A DNA stretch of 64,000 nt from Candidatus Kapaibacterium sp. (GTDB lineage Bacteria; Bacteroidota; Ignavibacteria; Kapaibacteriales; UBA2268): positions 1,504,001 to 1,568,000 of the forward strand of contig OY761611.1 of NCBI GenBank assembly GCA_963664875.1, read 5' to 3'. This document shows positions 10,735-19,981 of this stretch, piece by piece (position 1 is the stretch's first letter; each line of letters begins with the position of its first letter). Below the pieces are notes generated by a model. That model was not told the DNA's origin and ran no database searches. It saw only the letters and a program-made list of their open reading frames with translations. A program made the position numbers and the translations under genes.

Positions 10735-11871
10735 TTATTGCTTCTGCTTTTTAGTATAAATATACCCACCTATCACAGCCGTTGCAGGTGCCACCAAAAC
10801 CAAACCGAAACTGCCTACCATCGTCTGCAAGATTTCTGCAGCCACAAAGTTGATATTGAAAATACCTATCGCCGGAGTTCCTTTGGACATAAATACCATC
10901 AGAGTAAAAGCAAAACTTCCGGAATATGCAAAAAGCAAAGTGGTTGTCATAGTTCCTAAAACCGGATAAGCAATATGAAATCCGGATTTTATCAGCTGTC
11001 CCGTGCTCATATCCGGTTTCTGTTCTATCAGCTCATTTTGTGATGCAGCTATGTCCATAGCAACATCCATAACAGCTCCGGCTGAGGAAATAAAAATACC
11101 TGAAATGAAAATATCGGATAGTTTGGACATATCAAATCCGGAGAACAAAAGCAGTTCGGAAAATTCTTTTACTGTACCGGGTATTCGGAAAAAATGTCCA
11201 AAAACTATTGCCAGCACAGTAGTGATTGCCACACCGGAGAGCGCTCCTGTCAATGCAACAACGCCTTTTTTTGTAAATCCGCTAATCAGCATAATAATTA
11301 CAAAAGTTGTCAGAGCTACAACAGCAAATGAAGTAAGCAAAGGAGAATAACCGCTTAAAAACATAGGCACAAGTATTTTCCAAATTGCCAAAGCAGTAAA
11401 TACAAATGATAATAAAGCCTTTAAGCCTGTCCACTTTGCAAAACCTACGAGAAAAACTGCAAAAAGTACAAAAAGAATCACCTCTATGTCTATTCTATAC
11501 AAGTCATGTGCCCTTGCACTTATTATAGTATTTTTTTCTGCATCAATTCTAATGATCATTAGTACTTCATCACCTACCTCATAGAACTTATCCTGACTCA
11601 AATGACCTAGCATTATATTTTCGGCTTTGAGTTTTTGCCCCTCGTAGATGCCGTCCTTAATCAAGACAGTAAGCTCCTGAGTGCCACTAAGAGAAACTCC
11701 GTAGTGCTGGACATCTGAGTTGTCCACATCAAGAACTTCAGCTTTAACTCTTTCAGAATCTTTGTAAAATTGGTCATTTTCAAAACCAGTCGGCATCATA
11801 AAGAGCACTACACAAAAAATGGACACCACCAAAACAAAAGCAATATCAAGTTTATTTTTCAAAATTTTCAT
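10735..11871 (-). CDS. YibE/F family multi-pass membrane protein
   Basis: N-terminal TM plus soluble domain, then multiple TMs with GAVMDVAMDIAAS, GTMTTTLLFAYSG and EILQTMVGSFGLVLVAP motifs. Confidence 0.9.
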   Translation of the reverse strand: MKILKNKLDIAFVLVVSIFCVVLFMMPTGFENDQFYKDSERVKAEVLDVDNSDVQHYGVSLSGTQELTVLIKDGIYEGQKLKAENIMLGHLSQDKFYEVGDEVLMIIRIDAEKNTIISARAHDLYRIDIEVILFVLFAVFLVGFAKWTGLKALLSFVFTALAIWKILVPMFLSGYSPLLTSFAVVALTTFVIIMLISGFTKKGVVALTGALSGVAITTVLAIVFGHFFRIPGTVKEFSELLLFSGFDMSKLSDIFISGIFISSAGAVMDVAMDIAASQNELIEQKPDMSTGQLIKSGFHIAYPVLGTMTTTLLFAYSGSFAFTLMVFMSKGTPAIGIFNINFVAAEILQTMVGSFGLVLVAPATAVIGGYIYTKKQKQ

Positions 11872-11897
11872 TAGCCCACTTATTCAATTAGGTATTT

Positions 11898-11929
11898 AAA
11901 AAAAAGAGACGCAACTAAGTGCGCCCCTT
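11898..11929 (-). terminator. Intrinsic terminator between alkaline phosphatase 2 and yibE/F
   Basis: AAGGGGCGCA-CTTAGT-TGCGTCTCTT hairpin followed by a T run. Confidence 0.65.
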
Positions 11930-11988
11930 GGAAATTAGTTCTTTTTTCTTCTTTTTTTGAGGTCATATAAGAAGTGCTTTAACTGTGT

Positions 11989-13485
11989 TTATTTCAAAGA
12001 ACCTATTGTCATGATTTTTTTTGCTACGTCAGTGTTATCATAAAAACCGCTAAATTCGTACTGACCCTGGCCAATAGCAAAAACAGGAACAGGCACACCT
12101 GTGTGGTAATAAGAAGTCCAATCGATACCTGCTTTTCTGTTTAGAATGTGAGTAACAGTAACAGTTAGAGGATCATAATAATCATAAAACAAGCTTTGAT
12201 CTTCTTTAGGGAATGGAGATTCTCCGGTTACTGTTTTATTAAACGCATTGCGTAGCTGATCTAATTCGTATTCAGAGAGTACAAGTGCTTCGTTCAAAGC
12301 AGAATTTCCCAAACCAAAGTATTCTTTGATTTTTTCAAGAGCAACGTCAAAAGTAAATGCTTCGCCCTGAGTTTCTATCCACTCATATACTTTTTCTGTA
12401 AATTTTTCGTAAGATATTTTCTGATATTTCAAAATATCAAATGCTGTTTCGTAAGCAGTATTGGCAAATCCCAAAGCCAAACCACCACACTCGTGGTCAC
12501 CTGTAACAATGATAAGGGTTTCGTCCGGGTGCTGTTTGTAGAAATCCAAAGCTTTGCCAAGTGCATCGTCGAAAGCAATCATATCATAAGCAGCAGCTAC
12601 AGCATCATTAGCGTGGCACGCCCAGTCTATTTTGCCGCCTTCTACCATCATGAAAAAGCCTTTGTCGTTATCAAGTATTTCGATACCTCTTTGAGTAAAC
12701 TCAGCAAGAGAAAGGTGATCGGCTGGTCTATCCATTTCATACCAAAGAGCACTTGAAGCATCTAAAGTATGGTTGTACGCCCAAACTTTTTCTCCGTTTT
12801 GGATAGCGTTAAAATCTGCACGGTTAGAAACAATTTTATAACCTTCATTCTGCATTTTTTGTTTGATATCTTTGTAACCATCTCCATCACGATCGCCATG
12901 AGCATAGCCACCACCATAGTAATCAAATTTAGCAGTTGCCATCTGAGCTGAAATATTGTACATACTTTTACGAGTGTTTTCATGTGCATAAAATGCAGCA
13001 GGAGTAGCATGGTCGATTGACACAGAAGAAACAATACCAACCCTCATGCCTTTGTCGCGAGCCATTTCAGCCATCGTTCTCAAATCTCTCGAATAATCAC
13101 CAGATTTTGAGATTGTGTTGATTGTTGTTTTTTCACCTGTCGCAAGAGCAGTTGCTGATGCTGCAGAGCCTGTGATGTATCTGTTTTCTGCGTGTGTTGT
13201 GGACATACCAATAATTGGTAATTCAGCAATTCTCATTTGTCCGATACCAACTGAAGATTTAGGTCTAAAATCCGGATCATTCAAAGCTGCCTGAGCTAAG
13301 TTAATCTGAGGTGTCGCCATACCGTCTCCGATAAAGAAGAAGATATACTTAGGTGTTTTGTAATCCAAAGGATTTTTAGCCGGATTACTTGATGTTTCAT
13401 CATCGTCGTCAGAGCACGATACCATCATAGATACGATTAAAGCCATCATAAGCACTCTAATCGAGCCTTGTAAGAACTTTTCCAT
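11989..13485 (-). CDS. phoA: Alkaline phosphatase (PhoA family) lipoprotein, copy 2
   Basis: Same motifs as copy 1 (IGDGM, TGSAASATA, HATPA, IDWACH, TGDHECGG); MVSC lipobox; GGGAG RBS. Confidence 0.93.
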   Translation of the reverse strand: MEKFLQGSIRVLMMALIVSMMVSCSDDDDETSSNPAKNPLDYKTPKYIFFFIGDGMATPQINLAQAALNDPDFRPKSSVGIGQMRIAELPIIGMSTTHAENRYITGSAASATALATGEKTTINTISKSGDYSRDLRTMAEMARDKGMRVGIVSSVSIDHATPAAFYAHENTRKSMYNISAQMATAKFDYYGGGYAHGDRDGDGYKDIKQKMQNEGYKIVSNRADFNAIQNGEKVWAYNHTLDASSALWYEMDRPADHLSLAEFTQRGIEILDNDKGFFMMVEGGKIDWACHANDAVAAAYDMIAFDDALGKALDFYKQHPDETLIIVTGDHECGGLALGFANTAYETAFDILKYQKISYEKFTEKVYEWIETQGEAFTFDVALEKIKEYFGLGNSALNEALVLSEYELDQLRNAFNKTVTGESPFPKEDQSLFYDYYDPLTVTVTHILNRKAGIDWTSYYHTGVPVPVFAIGQGQYEFSGFYDNTDVAKKIMTIGSLK

Positions 13486-13865
13486 AGTTACTCCCAATAG
13501 TAGAAATTGAATAAAATACAATTCAGATTTCTTCAAATGTAGAGCTATAGAATTAAGCCTTGTTAAATCTTAAATCAATTTCATTAACAAATGTATTTTT
13601 GCCGATAAAGAAGCTAAAAATGCCTCTACTCAGCGATTTCACAATAATATTTTGATGATTGTTTTAAATCTGAGAGAAGTTATCTAAATTGCAGTTAAAG
13701 TATGTAATTCATGCGGTCGGAATCGGTCAGTTTTGACCTGTTAGAAATGCAATTACTACTTCGTAATAGATTAGTTGCTGCTATATTTTTTGTAGTTTTG
13801 ATAGTCTGTTATACAACATACTTATGAATATTACTTTATAGTGTTATTTTTTCTGTGTGATTTTT

Positions 13866-14993
13866 ATGATGAATATATTAGACATACGAAAAGAATTATA
13901 CCTCAAAGCTGAAATTTCAGGTGAAGAAGCAAACACAAACTCAACAATTGTAGATTTGCTCAAAATGTTTTATCCTGATAAAATAATCAATAATCTTAAC
14001 AATTCATATAGCTTAGCTTGTATCTTTAGAGGTAAGGAAGGAGGTAGCACTGTTTGCTTCAGGGCTGATATTGATGCTTTACCTATTGAAGATAAGCTTG
14101 ACAATTCAGGCAGCAAAAGGTCAATCTCGCATAAATGCGGTCATGATGGGCACACTGCAACATTGCTTGCATTTGCAGAAAAGCTAAAAGACAGAAATTT
14201 TAAGGGTACTGCGGTTTTGCTTTTCCAGGCAGAGGAAGAAACAGGTCAGGGTGCTGCAAAAGTCATGGCAGACAAAAGATTTCTTGATTTGAATATTGAT
14301 ATGTTTTATGCCTTCCATAATTTGCCGGGATTCCCTGAAAATGCACTTGTAGTTAGAGACGGCACTTTTGCTTCTGCTTCAAAAGGGATGATAATTGAAC
14401 TACAAGGTCAAACTTCACACGCATCTGAACCCGAGCTCGGCAATTCACCTGCACTTGCATTAACTGCATTGATTCACAATATGATAGCACTGCCACAAAG
14501 GAACACAAACTTTCATCAATCCAATTTGGTAACTATTATTTATGCTTCTTTAGGTGAAAAAGCATTTGGCACCTCACCCGGATTCGCAGAATTAAGAGCA
14601 ACACTCCGCTCCTCTTCAGAAATTGATATGAATGCAATGTGCAAAGATGCAGAACAGCTCGCTTTCGGCATATCAAAAACTTACGATTTGAAATGCAAAA
14701 TCTCCTATGAGGAAGAATTTCCTGCTACAGTAAACCACAAAATGGCGAATAATTCAATAAGAATTGCAGCCGAAAAGCTCAATTTGAGATTAATCGAAAA
14801 AGATACACCGTTTCCATGGTCAGAAGATTTTGGGCACTATCTGCAATATAAACCCGGCGCCTATTTCGGCATTGGAGCAGGACTCAATGCAAAAAACCTA
14901 CACCATCCGGAATATGAATTCAATGACCAAATCATAAAAACCGGAGTTGAAGTATTTTTTGAGCTTCTGCAATTAGAAAGCAGTAATTACTGA
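13866..14993 (+). CDS. M20D family amidohydrolase
   Basis: FRADIDALPI, HKCGHDGH, EEETGQGA, FHNLPG, SEDFG and LHHPEYEF motifs. Confidence 0.9.
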   Translation: MMNILDIRKELYLKAEISGEEANTNSTIVDLLKMFYPDKIINNLNNSYSLACIFRGKEGGSTVCFRADIDALPIEDKLDNSGSKRSISHKCGHDGHTATLLAFAEKLKDRNFKGTAVLLFQAEEETGQGAAKVMADKRFLDLNIDMFYAFHNLPGFPENALVVRDGTFASASKGMIIELQGQTSHASEPELGNSPALALTALIHNMIALPQRNTNFHQSNLVTIIYASLGEKAFGTSPGFAELRATLRSSSEIDMNAMCKDAEQLAFGISKTYDLKCKISYEEEFPATVNHKMANNSIRIAAEKLNLRLIEKDTPFPWSEDFGHYLQYKPGAYFGIGAGLNAKNLHHPEYEFNDQIIKTGVEVFFELLQLESSNY

Positions 14994-14995
14994 AA

Positions 14996-15733
14996 CTAAA
15001 ATTTTAAGTACTCGTGCCATTTCAAGAACAACTCCCAGGTTGCATTTACATCCCTGAGGCAATACTCTGCTATAGTCTCTACTTCTCCTGCATAGTATAA
15101 CTGACCAACCATGGAGCCATCTACACCTTTTTCTTTAGGCGAGGTAATACCAAACACTCTTGTATAAAAATCAAAGTTGAATCTTTTAGTAGCAGCATAG
15201 GGCGATGGGCTGTAAAAAGTAAGTTCGTCAATCAAATCTATATGATTCGGATAATTGAATTTTGTACCTGCCATCAAATTTCTTGAAGGTCTTACTCTAA
15301 GTATAGCCGAGCGAAGCATCAAAAACGGTGCATCGAAGTTTCTGCCATTGAAAGAGATAAGCTGAGCATATTTATATTTGCTCAAAATCTTCCAGAAATC
15401 TTCCATAAGACGTTTTTCAGTGTAGATAAAGCATTTATTGCCGTCCGACATTATTCGCTCCTCAGGCTCATCTTTATCGTATCCCGGAGCGGTAGAAAAT
15501 GCGGCACAACTCTTTAGCTCCCAGCCTCCGGACTGATTTCTTTCCATAAGCTGCAAACCGATACAAACGACATGAGCGGTCAATGGCGAAAGCCCCATTT
15601 CAAACTTTTTCTGTTCTTTTTCATCGTCAGTTTCTGCATACCTCAAGATATATTCCTGCTGTGATTCTGAAAGAGTTTCCCATTCCACCGGTGAAGTTTC
15701 TATATCAAACACCAAATATTGTTCAGGTTTCAT
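14996..15733 (-). CDS. Stand-alone DnaQ-like (PolB-related) 3'-5' exonuclease
   Basis: ExoI FDIET, ExoII FNGRNFDAPFL, ExoIII YCLRDV. Confidence 0.85.
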   Translation of the reverse strand: MKPEQYLVFDIETSPVEWETLSESQQEYILRYAETDDEKEQKKFEMGLSPLTAHVVCIGLQLMERNQSGGWELKSCAAFSTAPGYDKDEPEERIMSDGNKCFIYTEKRLMEDFWKILSKYKYAQLISFNGRNFDAPFLMLRSAILRVRPSRNLMAGTKFNYPNHIDLIDELTFYSPSPYAATKRFNFDFYTRVFGITSPKEKGVDGSMVGQLYYAGEVETIAEYCLRDVNATWELFLKWHEYLKF

Positions 15734-15807
15734 AGAATGCTCGCTTAGTATTAGTGCCTAAAAAATTGGAATCAAGCATATTTCGTACCAACTTATTTTT
15801 AATTATG

Positions 15808-16515
15808 TTAAAGTAGATTATTGGCTTTGAAACTGTAATAATCATTACCTGCAATTATTACATGATCAATCAGACTTATACCAATTATTTCACCGCTTTT
15901 TTGTAGTGTATTTGTAAGATTTATATCCTCCTGTGACGGCTCATTTTTTCCGGAAGGATGATTATGCATAACTATTATCGAAGCAGCATTTTCTGTAATT
16001 GCAGGTTTGAAAATCTCTCTCGGGTGCACAAGCACCTGATTGAGAATTCCTTTTGCTATATCTATTTCTCTGATAATTTTATTTGAAGTAGAAAGCAGCA
16101 GCACTTTGAAAACTTCTACTTCAAGGTTTCTCATTTTCGGCCCGAAAATCTCATATATTTGATCCGGACTTTTAATTGCAACCCGTTTGTCTATGGGAGC
16201 TGATTCTATTCTTCGCCCAAGTTCGAAAGCAGCAAGCAAAGTAATTGCTTTGACTGTACCTATGCCCCTTGTTTGTTTAATCTCGCCCAAAGTCTTTCCT
16301 GTAAGCTTATTGAGACCACCGTGCTTTTTCAGCATATCTTTTGCTGCATCCAATGCTGAAAACCCCGAAGCACCCGAACCTATAAGTATAGCAAGCAACT
16401 CACTTTCTGAAAGAGAAGCACTTCCGAACCTTACCAACTTTTCGCGAGGGCGATCATCTTCCTGCCATTCTTTGATCGAGAAATATCTGTTTTCAGCATC
16501 ATAGTTTTCGCTCAT
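15808..16515 (-). CDS. radC: RadC family JAB-domain protein
   Basis: DRPREKL, ELLAIL, HhH GIGTVKA, HPREIF, HNHPSG...PSQED, DHVII. Confidence 0.95.
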   Translation of the reverse strand: MSENYDAENRYFSIKEWQEDDRPREKLVRFGSASLSESELLAILIGSGASGFSALDAAKDMLKKHGGLNKLTGKTLGEIKQTRGIGTVKAITLLAAFELGRRIESAPIDKRVAIKSPDQIYEIFGPKMRNLEVEVFKVLLLSTSNKIIREIDIAKGILNQVLVHPREIFKPAITENAASIIVMHNHPSGKNEPSQEDINLTNTLQKSGEIIGISLIDHVIIAGNDYYSFKANNLL

Positions 16516-16837
16516 CGAGTACCTCCTCTATCCAGTTTGCATATTTATCATGCACTCTACTTACATCAGTAGCAATAATTTCCGGTACTTCGTAACTATG
16601 CATTCTCAGCACTTCGAGCCGAATCTTGTCAAACAGTATTTTTTTTGTTTTAATCATTAATAGTGACTCAGTCTCGTCACAAATTTTGCCTTTCCATTCG
16701 TATATAGAATTGATTTGAGGGAAAATAGAGCAGCACGCAGCTAATTTGTTTATTATTAGATAATTAGCTATGTTTTTTGCTTCGTCTCGATCTTTGCATG
16801 CAATATAAATAATTGATAAGTCAGTAATTTCTTTCAT
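16499..16837 (-). CDS. cutA: Divalent-cation tolerance protein CutA
   Basis: LAAC, SIYEWKGKI, HSYEVPEII motifs. Confidence 0.93.
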   Translation of the reverse strand: MKEITDLSIIYIACKDRDEAKNIANYLIINKLAACCSIFPQINSIYEWKGKICDETESLLMIKTKKILFDKIRLEVLRMHSYEVPEIIATDVSRVHDKYANWIEEVLDERKL

Positions 16838-16893
16838 ATCTCGACCTATATTTGTAAATTATAAATCTATGTCGTATTAAGACAAAATCTATT

Positions 16894-17190
16894 ATGGTAG
16901 AATTACTAATATTTCACCTGCATATAGTTGCAGCGGTTTATGCTTTTGTCAAAAACTTTCAAAGCAGAACCATCAAAGATGCTTTCTTGTCGCTTGGCAT
17001 TATTGCACTTGTTTTTGCGATAGGATGGGCTCTTACAGGTACTTTGGCTTATTATATTTATCCCAAAGACTGGAATTCTATTTACTTTACAAGCGATTCT
17101 TTAGCGCTTGTGCTTTTGGTTATCCCTGAAGTATTATTTTTTAAACTTTTCTTCTTGCAGGATAAACCGGAATTGGACACTCAAGAATAA
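16894..17190 (+). CDS. Small hypothetical membrane protein (about 3 TM)
   Basis: Hydrophobic 98-aa ORF directly upstream of the GNAT-like gene. Confidence 0.7.
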   Translation: MVELLIFHLHIVAAVYAFVKNFQSRTIKDAFLSLGIIALVFAIGWALTGTLAYYIYPKDWNSIYFTSDSLALVLLVIPEVLFFKLFFLQDKPELDTQE

Positions 17191-17210
17191 TATAAATACA
17201 CGGTAAAGTT

Positions 17211-18338
17211 ATGAATATCAAAATAGAAAAATTGCAGGGCAAATCTGATACTAAAAAGTTTATCAAATGCCAACGCCAATTTTATGTAAACGAACCGAAC
17301 TTTGTTACTCCATTGATGTTAGATCAAATGGATGCATTGGATATTGAGAAAAATCCTTTTTATAAACATTCAAAAATTCAATTATTTATTGCTAAAAATG
17401 ACAATAAAATTGTAGGTAGAATTGCCGCTATTGTCAATGACAGGCACAATGAACTTCACAATGATGAAGTTGGATTTTTTGGTTTTTTTGAATGTATTGA
17501 TAATGTAGATGTAGCAAAAGCTCTCTTTGATTCCGCCGGAGAATGGCTAAAAGCAAACGGGAAAACGCAAATGCGTGGTCCGGCTAACCCTTCTCTCAAC
17601 GATACCTGTGGTGTGTTGGTCGAGGGGTTCGACAGCCCTCCTGTTGTGCTCATGCCATACAATCCAAAATACTATGACAAACTTATAAAAGATGCCGGTT
17701 TGCCAAAAGTAATGGATTTATTTGCTTATGACTTATGGGTGGCAAACTACCTAACTGAAAAAATGGAAAGAATGCAGGGTTTGCTCAGAGAAAGATATCA
17801 AATCACTACCAGAGACGTGAATTTCAAAGATAAAGAACAATTCCGAAAAGATGTTGACACTCTCAAAATGCTTTATAATGCTGCTTGGGAACCTAATTGG
17901 GGTTTTGTTAAAATGACTGACGAAGAGTTCGAGCATTTAGCAAAAGGACTCAAAATGATAGCAGAACCAACTCTGACTTTTATGGTAGAATCAAAAGGAA
18001 AAACTGTAGGTTTTGCACTTGGACTTTTGGATATAAATCAGGTACTAAAAAACAATCCGAGCGGTGCTACCATACCGGGAGTATGGCAATTGCTTACCAA
18101 AAGAAAGAAAATTGATAGTTTCAGAATTATTGTTTTAGGTGTGCTACCTGAATACCAAAAAACCGGAATTGATGCAATCATGTACTATGAATTCGGTATC
18201 AGATGCAGAAATCTCGGCATGAAACACGCAGAAGCCTCATGGATACTTGAAGACAACGTCATGATGAACAGAGCTCTGACTCAAACTCTAAACGGCAACC
18301 AGTATAAAACATATAGAATTTACGAACGCAACCTTTAA
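17211..18338 (+). CDS. GNAT-fold (YghO-like) N-acetyltransferase family protein
   Basis: VGRIAAI, GFFGFFECID, MPYNPKYY, LGVLPEYQKTG, SWILEDN motifs. Confidence 0.8.
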   Translation: MNIKIEKLQGKSDTKKFIKCQRQFYVNEPNFVTPLMLDQMDALDIEKNPFYKHSKIQLFIAKNDNKIVGRIAAIVNDRHNELHNDEVGFFGFFECIDNVDVAKALFDSAGEWLKANGKTQMRGPANPSLNDTCGVLVEGFDSPPVVLMPYNPKYYDKLIKDAGLPKVMDLFAYDLWVANYLTEKMERMQGLLRERYQITTRDVNFKDKEQFRKDVDTLKMLYNAAWEPNWGFVKMTDEEFEHLAKGLKMIAEPTLTFMVESKGKTVGFALGLLDINQVLKNNPSGATIPGVWQLLTKRKKIDSFRIIVLGVLPEYQKTGIDAIMYYEFGIRCRNLGMKHAEASWILEDNVMMNRALTQTLNGNQYKTYRIYERNL

Positions 18339-18344
18339 AAACTC

Positions 18345-18388
18345 AAAATCCCGAATTGGCTATGAAGGCAAATTCGGGATTTTTTTTC
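18345..18388. terminator. Terminator between convergent GNAT and PNP genes
   Basis: AAAATCCCGAATT...AATTCGGGATTTT inverted repeat with T-tract. Confidence 0.75.
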
Positions 18389-18409
18389 TGGTTTTCTTCA
18401 GCTTCATTT

Positions 18410-19243
18410 CTACATTTCTTTTATGACAGCCTTAGTCAGTTTAACCAAATCAGGTTCTGCTACTGCTGCAAATTCTAATATTTCTTTGATATCAACCGGT
18501 TTTAAAGCATCAGGCAAACATTCATCAGTCATTACTGATAATCCCAGAACTTCCATACCCATTTGCACTGCAACAATATTTTCAGGAACGGTGCTCATAC
18601 CTATTACATCAGCTCCTATTGTACGTAGGAAACGATATTCGGCTCTTGTTTCTAATGAAGGTCCCGACATAGCAGCATAAACTCCCTTGTATAACGGAAT
18701 AGAGTTTTGCAATGCTGCCTTTTCTGCAATAGAAATCATACGTTTGGAATATGGTTCGCACATATCCACAAAGCGAGGTCCTAATCGCTCATCATTTACT
18801 CCGATTAGCGGATTATCGCCAAGAAGATTGATATGATCTTCGATTAGCATAATTCTCCCTTTTTTCCATTGAGGATTTAAGCATCCGCAAGCATTGGAGA
18901 TAATAATTTTATCCGCACCGAGAAACTTCATTACTCTCACAGGGAATGTAATCTGCTGCATAGAGTAACCTTCATAGTAATGGAAGCGACCTTGCATAGC
19001 TACGACGTTTTTACCCTCTACGGTGCCAAATATTAGCTTGCCTGCATGGCTTTCTACAGTAGATTCGGGAAAGTGAGGTATCTCTTTGTAATCAATTTCT
19101 GTTTCTATTTCGATTGCATTTTTTAGCTGACCGAGCCCTGTGCCCATAATGATTGCTACTTCAGGAACGATCTGAGTTTGAGAGCGAAGAAAACTGACAG
19201 CTTCTTCTATCTCAGCAATTATATTTTTATTGATTTTAGACAT
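18410..19243 (-). CDS. punA: Purine nucleoside phosphorylase (trimeric family)
   Basis: GTGLG, STVESHAG, QGRFHYYEG, GPSLETRAE, GMSTVPE motifs. Confidence 0.93.
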   Translation of the reverse strand: MSKINKNIIAEIEEAVSFLRSQTQIVPEVAIIMGTGLGQLKNAIEIETEIDYKEIPHFPESTVESHAGKLIFGTVEGKNVVAMQGRFHYYEGYSMQQITFPVRVMKFLGADKIIISNACGCLNPQWKKGRIMLIEDHINLLGDNPLIGVNDERLGPRFVDMCEPYSKRMISIAEKAALQNSIPLYKGVYAAMSGPSLETRAEYRFLRTIGADVIGMSTVPENIVAVQMGMEVLGLSVMTDECLPDALKPVDIKEILEFAAVAEPDLVKLTKAVIKEM

Positions 19244-19247
19244 GATT

Positions 19248-19970
19248 TTACCTGTTAGCATAATAACGTTCACCAAAAATTGCCGTTCCTACTCTAACCA
19301 TAGTGGCACCTTCGTCAATTGCAATATCGAAGTCATGAGTCATTCCCATCGATAGGTGCTTAAGAGATAAACTAAGTTCTCTGTTTACTCTTTCCAATGA
19401 TTTTCGTAAGATTCCAAACTCGCCTCTTATGAGTCTCTCATCAGGCGAGAAAGTACCGATGGTCATAAGCCCACCAATGTTTAGATTTTCAATTTCCCCA
19501 ACCTCTCCTGCAAGGTCAACTATTGCATCCGGTTCTACTCCGCTTTTAGAGTCTTCGCCTGAAGTATTTACCTGAAGAAGAATTTCAACAGTCCTGTCAT
19601 CTTTCTCTGCCTGTTTGGAGATTTCTTCAGCAAGACGAAGAGAATCGACAGTATGAATCATATAAACATTCGGGAACAAATATTTTACCTTATTACGCTG
19701 CAAATGCCCTATAAAATGCCACTCCGGATGAGTCTTGCCCAAAGCATCAAATGCAGTAAGTTTATCCCTTACCTCTTGTGCGTAGTTTTCTCCAAAAACT
19801 GTCATCCCTGCTTCCATAGCATTAAAGTTCATTTCGACAGGATATGTTTTTGATACTGCCAAGATTTTAATATCTTCAAAATTTCTACCGGACTTTTCGC
19901 AAGCCTCGCGGGCTTTATCTGTTACAATTTTCCAATTCTCTTTTAGCATCTCTACCGGTAATACGTTCAT
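19248..19970 (-). CDS. yggS: YggS/PLPBP pyridoxal phosphate homeostasis protein
   Basis: LAVSKT, FGENYAQE, WHFIGHLQRNKVK, LSMGMTHDF, VRVGTAIFG. Confidence 0.96.
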   Translation of the reverse strand: MNVLPVEMLKENWKIVTDKAREACEKSGRNFEDIKILAVSKTYPVEMNFNAMEAGMTVFGENYAQEVRDKLTAFDALGKTHPEWHFIGHLQRNKVKYLFPNVYMIHTVDSLRLAEEISKQAEKDDRTVEILLQVNTSGEDSKSGVEPDAIVDLAGEVGEIENLNIGGLMTIGTFSPDERLIRGEFGILRKSLERVNRELSLSLKHLSMGMTHDFDIAIDEGATMVRVGTAIFGERYYANR

Positions 19971-19981
19971 TTCTCACCTTT

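Noticed and set aside
13601-13608. Perfect sigma28 -10 box GCCGATAA upstream of the amidohydrolase
   Set aside because: No properly spaced TAAA -35, 260 bp from a non-motility gene; probably chance.
15808-16515. radC as a marker of a mobile element
   Set aside because: It is the full-length chromosomal form with an HhH domain, among housekeeping genes, with no integrase or att sites.
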